Source: a virus
Lineage: Duplodnaviria > Caudoviricetes
Reading direction: 5' to 3' (one strand)
DNA: 29,155 nt
IMG/VR virus record: IMGVR_UViG_3300032250_000248
Span: 1-29,155 of that record
Part shown: positions 24,372-29,155 of the stretch, one piece after another
How positions within the stretch are numbered: the stretch's first letter is position 1
Layout: every line of letters starts with the position of its first letter
Program-made: the position numbers and the translations under genes
The notes under the pieces: model-generated
Told to the model about the DNA's origin: nothing
The model's input: the letters and a program-made list of their open reading frames with translations, nothing else
Databases searched by the model: none

Positions 24372-26038
24372 TGCCAGTTCTTGGAACGATACCTAACGAC
24401 AGAAAAAAACTTGCTGCTCTTTTTATTAATGAAAATGCTAAGTATCAAACAAACCTTGGAAGACTTGATGTATTTGAGCGTATTGCTCAAAACGTAAATG
24501 AGTCTGAAGAAAGACGCGCTGAAGCTCGCGCCAAGTACGATGAGATTAAAAAAGACATAGCTGATGGAGCGGTAAACCTAAAGAAACTTCAAAGAAGTCT
24601 TGACAAGTATGACGGCGGTAAGGCTCTTGCAAAGATTCAAGAAGATATAAATAAACTTAATGAAGAAAAAAGTCTACTTATTGATCCTGAAAGCCCACAG
24701 GCAAAACGAATTGATAAGAAGATAGAAGATCTTGTTAAGCCATACCAAAGTGCTTATTCAAAGGTTGCTGGTGCTCAAATATCAGAGACGGTTGCTCGTA
24801 CAAAACTTCTAGGCAAAAAAGTCGCTACATTCAATGAGCCTCAAAATGAAGGAACTCCAACACCTACCCCAACACCTACGCCTACTCCAACTCCTACACC
24901 AACACCTACGCCAACACCTACACCAAAGGCAAAACCTGGTGGAACTACGGGTGGCGGAACTGGCGGTACTACGGGTGGTACAACTGGTGGTAGAAAAGGT
25001 GTTGAATTTCCACAAGCCAGCGGTGTAGATACAACTACACTACCTGGAATTATTGCAGCTAGTGGTACTACTCCTGCTGGCGGATCTGTTGTTAAAGGTT
25101 ACGATGCAGCTCTTGCAAAAGTTCAAGCAGATTATAGTATCCCAGATATTATCTTTAGCAATGTCAAGTCATTAGAACTTATACTTGATAAGTATGTTAA
25201 TGGCAAAATTGATATTGACCAGTTTAGACAAGAAGTTGCAAAAGATCCTTGGTATCGCCAAAACTCTACTGAGATCAAGGCTCGCTACCTACAGAAGTTT
25301 AACTATGAAGACCTAGTTAAGTCTGGTAGAGCTAAAGGAACTACTGATTACGAGCAGAAAATTGCCCAAATCACAAACAACCTTATTACCAAGGCACGTC
25401 AAATGGGTTCTGCCCTTGACGAAGGTCAGGCAAAGTTAATTGCAGAAGATCTCTATATCTATAACCAAGATGCAGATGATGCAGTAATTACACGTCGCTT
25501 GGTTAGTGGTATTCGTCCAATAGCTGGAATGGTTGGCGGAAAGGTCACAGAAGATTACAGTGGTCTTGCCCTTCAGAACTACCAAGGACTTCAGGCTTTG
25601 GCTAAGCAAAACGGTTTGAAACTAGAGAACATCCTTCCACCTGGAATTGATGGTAAGCCAGCAACAGCACAGGAAACTTTGCAACGCTTGGCGCTAGGTG
25701 AGATAGATCCAACTCGTCTCGCACAAGATGTTCGCAAGCTTGCAGCGGTTGGACAACCACAGTTTGTTCGTGACCTATTGGGCCAAGGTATTAATCTAGA
25801 TCAGATCTATGCTCCATACCGTAGAACTATGGCTAATATCCTAGAGTTGGATGAGGGTCAGATTGACCTTACAGATCCAGCGCTACGTATGGGTATTAAC
25901 GAAAAGGGTGATGTAAACCTTTTTGACTATGAGAAATCACTACGTCAAGACAATCGTTGGCAGTACACAGGTAATGCTCGCAAGGAAGTATCAGATGCTG
26001 CACTTACAGTTCTTCGTAACTTTGGATTCCAGGGGTAA
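24371..26038 (+). CDS. Putative internal virion protein with coiled-coil N-terminus and PT linker
   Basis: TAATG coupling; contains (TP)12 and GGTT repeats. Confidence 0.55.
   Translation: MPVLGTIPNDRKKLAALFINENAKYQTNLGRLDVFERIAQNVNESEERRAEARAKYDEIKKDIADGAVNLKKLQRSLDKYDGGKALAKIQEDINKLNEEKSLLIDPESPQAKRIDKKIEDLVKPYQSAYSKVAGAQISETVARTKLLGKKVATFNEPQNEGTPTPTPTPTPTPTPTPTPTPTPTPKAKPGGTTGGGTGGTTGGTTGGRKGVEFPQASGVDTTTLPGIIAASGTTPAGGSVVKGYDAALAKVQADYSIPDIIFSNVKSLELILDKYVNGKIDIDQFRQEVAKDPWYRQNSTEIKARYLQKFNYEDLVKSGRAKGTTDYEQKIAQITNNLITKARQMGSALDEGQAKLIAEDLYIYNQDADDAVITRRLVSGIRPIAGMVGGKVTEDYSGLALQNYQGLQALAKQNGLKLENILPPGIDGKPATAQETLQRLALGEIDPTRLAQDVRKLAAVGQPQFVRDLLGQGINLDQIYAPYRRTMANILELDEGQIDLTDPALRMGINEKGDVNLFDYEKSLRQDNRWQYTGNARKEVSDAALTVLRNFGFQG
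24854..24991 (+). repeat. Coding tandem repeats: (ACNCCN)12 then about four GGTT/GGGT units
   Basis: Read directly in the DNA and the protein; third codon positions vary. Confidence 0.9.
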
Positions 26039-26040
26039 AA

Positions 26041-27327
26041 ATGACAACAGCACCAGAAGATAACATCCGTCAAGTAATTGCTACGCCTAGAACTACTGCA
26101 CAGCGTGGAGTTCCTACATCATCTGTACCTAGAACTCCCGTAAATCAGAACCTTTCTACATTCGTTGATCCTAATCCTAATATGGCAGTACTTGCTCCAG
26201 AGCAATACCCTATGAAAGAGATTGTAACCAACACTGGTCAAAGAGTTATGGTCTATACAGGCGGTCCTCTTGCTGGCCAAGATGAAGATGGCAACTTTCC
26301 AATTCAGGCAACAGACCCAGCAGCATTTACAAGTGGTGGTGGTGCAGGTGGCAGTGCTGGCGCAGGCGCAGGTGGAAGTGCTGGCACTGGTGCTGGCGGC
26401 AACGTCGGTGGTGGTGCAGGTGGAAATGCTGGTGCTAACGTCGGTGGCGGTGTAGGTGGCAGCGGAGTTTCTCAAAATAACTCTGAGCGTCAATCTGCAT
26501 ACGATTTACTATATAGTGAGTTTGATAGATATGGTCTTGGTTCTTTAGTAACGCCACTCAGGGATCTCATTACATCAGGAATATCTCCATCAGAATTTAC
26601 TATTAGACTACGCGAAACAGATGCCTATAAGAAGCGTTTTTCTGCTAATCAGGCACGTATTAAAAATGGTCTTCGTGCTCTGTCTGAGTCTGAATACATC
26701 CGTAACGAAGATGCTTACCAAGAAGTAATGCGTCGCAGAGGACTACCTCCAGAGTATTATGCTAGAGGTGATATGGGAATCCAAAAGGGATTTGAGGCGC
26801 TACTTGCTGGGGATGTATCTTCTACTGAACTAGAAGATCGTATCGTCACAGCTCAAGATCGCGTAATCAATGCAAATCCAGAGATTGCCGCGACGCTCAA
26901 GCAATTCTACCCAGGAATCTCTAATGGAGATATCTTGGCTTATGCACTAGATCCTGCCAATGCTCTTAATGTAATCAAGCGTAAGATCACAACTGCTGAA
27001 ATTGGTGGCGCTGCAATGATGGCAAATCTTGGCACTAATCTTGCAAGAGCAGAAGAACTACAACGATATGGCGTAGATAAAGCAGCAGCTACTGCAGGTT
27101 ATTCTACAATCGGTGCTGGACTACAACGTGGTTCAGAGTTGGCATCAATATATCAACAAGATCCATACACTCAAGCAACTGCAGAATCAGAAGTATTCAA
27201 ACTTCCAGGAGCACAAGAAGCACGCAAGCAGCGCCAGAAAGTTACTGGACTTGAGAAGGCTGCCTTTAGCGGTCAATCTGGATTAACTGGCGGAGCCTTA
27301 GTACGAGACCGCGCAGGCGCAATATAA
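26041..27327 (+). CDS. Putative internal virion protein with Gly-rich linker
   Basis: Contiguous ORF with GGSAGAGA-type repeats at about 26335-26466. Confidence 0.55.
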   Translation: MTTAPEDNIRQVIATPRTTAQRGVPTSSVPRTPVNQNLSTFVDPNPNMAVLAPEQYPMKEIVTNTGQRVMVYTGGPLAGQDEDGNFPIQATDPAAFTSGGGAGGSAGAGAGGSAGTGAGGNVGGGAGGNAGANVGGGVGGSGVSQNNSERQSAYDLLYSEFDRYGLGSLVTPLRDLITSGISPSEFTIRLRETDAYKKRFSANQARIKNGLRALSESEYIRNEDAYQEVMRRRGLPPEYYARGDMGIQKGFEALLAGDVSSTELEDRIVTAQDRVINANPEIAATLKQFYPGISNGDILAYALDPANALNVIKRKITTAEIGGAAMMANLGTNLARAEELQRYGVDKAAATAGYSTIGAGLQRGSELASIYQQDPYTQATAESEVFKLPGAQEARKQRQKVTGLEKAAFSGQSGLTGGALVRDRAGAI

Positions 27328-27452
27328 CAGACCTGCCACTAGAACGACTGGCCTAGTGGAGTGATAACAATACCAGTAGTAGGAGCCACACCACCCGCCC
27401 CAAGGTGACTGTGAGGCCTGCGTCAATCTAACAAAGAATGGGAGAAGGACCT
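27328..27452 (+). promoter_or_regulatory. Structured leader of the scaffold-capsid genes
   Basis: CCACTAG/CTAGTGG stem, loop ACTGG complementary to downstream CCAGT, and a second bulged stem. Confidence 0.5.
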
Positions 27453-27920
27453 ATGTCCAACTATGACTACGAGGATGATGACTTCGATACCGAAGACACC
27501 AGCAATGATCTCGTAAAACAACTGCGCAAGGCTACTAAGCAAAAAGATAAGGAACTGGCCGAACTAAAGGCACAGTTTGAAAATCTAAATAAAGCGCAAA
27601 GAGAACGAGCAATTAAAGATGCCCTCGAAAGTCGTGGGGTAAATAGCAAAATTGCTTCATTTATCCCGCAGGACATTGACCCAACTGAGGAGTCCGTGTC
27701 TAAATGGCTTGCAGACTATGCCGATGTATTCGGTATTGATGTCGGCCAAACCCAGGCAACACCTAATGTAGATCCAGCTCAGGCTGCTGCATATAAGCGT
27801 ATGACTAATGCTGTCGAATCAGGATCATCTCCTGAACACAACGACAACATTATGCAGAAGCTTATGAATGCAAACAGTCGTGAAGAACTGGATGAAGTCA
27901 TTAGATTGTCTGGACTCTAA
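27453..27920 (+). CDS. Capsid scaffolding protein
   Basis: Acidic N-terminus and coiled coil, immediately before the major capsid gene. GGGAGAAGG SD favours ATG 27453. Confidence 0.8.
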   Translation: MSNYDYEDDDFDTEDTSNDLVKQLRKATKQKDKELAELKAQFENLNKAQRERAIKDALESRGVNSKIASFIPQDIDPTEESVSKWLADYADVFGIDVGQTQATPNVDPAQAAAYKRMTNAVESGSSPEHNDNIMQKLMNANSREELDEVIRLSGL

Positions 27921-27952
27921 TCCGATCCTAAAACAGAAAGGCTAGACCATAA

Positions 27953-29137
27953 ATGGCTATCCCAACAGGTACCCCTACCACCACGTCTAGCATCAGCAAC
28001 CTCGTACAAGCAGCATACGATCAGTATGTAAGAATGGCACTTCGTTCCATTCCTGTTATGCGTTCACTTGCAGATGTTAAGCCAGTGCAACAGGCAATGC
28101 CAGGATCATCAGTTGTTTTCTCAATCTACTCAGATTTGGCACAAGCTACTTCTACATTGAGCGAAGCATCAGATGTTTCAAGCATTGCACTAGGTAACCC
28201 ATCACAGGTTACAGTAACACTGAACGAATACGGTTCAGCAGTTACAACAACAAAGAAGCTAAACCTCACTTCTTTCAACGACGTTGATTCAGCACTTGCT
28301 GACATCATCGCGTATAACGCAGCAGACTCTATTGACAACGTAGTAGGTCAGGTCCTCTCAACAGGAACTAACGTAATCTACTCAAACGGTCCATCAGGAA
28401 CTGCTCCAACTTCATCAGCAGGAGTTCTACCAGTAGACACAATGACAGTAGCGGATATCCGCAACGCTGTTGTTTCACTACGTACAAACAAGGCATTGCC
28501 TCGTATGGGTGAACTATATGCTGCATACCTACACCCACGTCAGTCAGCAGATCTTCGCGCTGAGACTGGTACAGGTGGATTCCAGGAGCTAACAAAGTAC
28601 GTTGAGCGTACACCGTTCGTTGCTGGTGCAGTAGGCGTTATCGAAGGTGCATTTATCGTTGAGACACCACGTGTCCTAAACGGTATGAACCTAGGCGTTA
28701 ACGGTGGAATCACTCCTACCGTTTCAGTTACTAACAAGGCTCTTGCATCAAACGTTGCAACGCTGACAACAGCAGTTGCACACGGTCTTGGTGTAGGTCA
28801 AGTTGTAACAGTATCAGGCGTAGATGCAGTCTTCAATGGTACTTACACAATTACAGTTGTAGGTTCAACAACTACATTCTCCTATGCTAAGACTAACGCA
28901 GATATTGCATCTGCTGCAGCAACAGGAACTGTTACATTCACTAACAACTACCGTGCGATTATCGCAGGTCGTGAAGCATTGGCTGAAGCACAGGCTGCAG
29001 ACATCTCAACCGTTATCGGTCCAGAGATTGATGCACTCCGTCGTTTCCGCACAATCGGTTGGTACTACTTCGGAGGCTTTGCTCGCCTTCGTGAAGCTGC
29101 TCTCTTCCGTATTGAGTCAGCAGCAACAAACGGATAA
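27953..29137 (+). CDS. Major capsid protein (HK97 fold, N4-gp56-like) with an inserted domain
   Basis: TLSEA...V-x-VTLNEYG, YAAYLHP, G-x-VG-x-IEGA-x-IVET and D-x-L-x-RF-x-TIGWY motifs. Confidence 0.9.
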   Translation: MAIPTGTPTTTSSISNLVQAAYDQYVRMALRSIPVMRSLADVKPVQQAMPGSSVVFSIYSDLAQATSTLSEASDVSSIALGNPSQVTVTLNEYGSAVTTTKKLNLTSFNDVDSALADIIAYNAADSIDNVVGQVLSTGTNVIYSNGPSGTAPTSSAGVLPVDTMTVADIRNAVVSLRTNKALPRMGELYAAYLHPRQSADLRAETGTGGFQELTKYVERTPFVAGAVGVIEGAFIVETPRVLNGMNLGVNGGITPTVSVTNKALASNVATLTTAVAHGLGVGQVVTVSGVDAVFNGTYTITVVGSTTTFSYAKTNADIASAAATGTVTFTNNYRAIIAGREALAEAQAADISTVIGPEIDALRRFRTIGWYYFGGFARLREAALFRIESAATNG

Positions 29138-29155
29138 TTCCCGTTATTGCTCGGC

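Noticed and set aside
14522-28737. Short alternative-frame and antisense ORFs inside terminase, portal, virion and capsid genes
   Set aside because: They lie inside long genes with no independent signals, as expected from codon bias.
1-29155. tRNA, rRNA, integrase, transposase, intron/intein, reverse transcriptase or hammerhead ribozyme
   Set aside because: I recognised no diagnostic motifs by eye; a covariance or HMM search was not possible.

Overview
The window is about 29 kb of a tailed dsDNA phage genome, probably podovirus-like. The host is most likely an Actinobacterium, inferred from WhiB, the split primase, an Hjc-type resolvase, an actinophage-type transglycosylase and leaderless promoters. 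A low-GC freshwater lineage is plausible but not demonstrated. Layout: (1) end of a tail gene and the lysis cassette (1-1958), closed by a terminator; (2) a divergent promoter leading into a rightward replication/regulation operon (2318-8900) with an HslV/proteasome-beta-like peptidase, Cas4-like nuclease, WhiB, DnaB-like helicase, resolvase, split primase, DUF1599-like protein, sigma factor and FmdB-like zinc ribbon, but no DNA polymerase; (3) a leftward cluster of about 20 mostly tiny genes (8948-13633), many missing from the ORF track, with structured leaders; (4) a non-coding control or terminus region (about 13634-14454); (5) a rightward morphogenesis module with terminase, portal, putative internal virion proteins, scaffold and major capsid. 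The most notable unexplained signals are a symmetric GACAC-box leaderless divergent promoter, paired GGAAGG leader hairpins with complementary CCUUCC-loop hairpins at the end of the same transcript, a pseudoknot-capable leader before the scaffold gene, a domain inserted in the capsid protein, and strong word bias (CATG/CCGG avoided, GATC clustered). All product calls come from motif recognition by eye; no searches were run.
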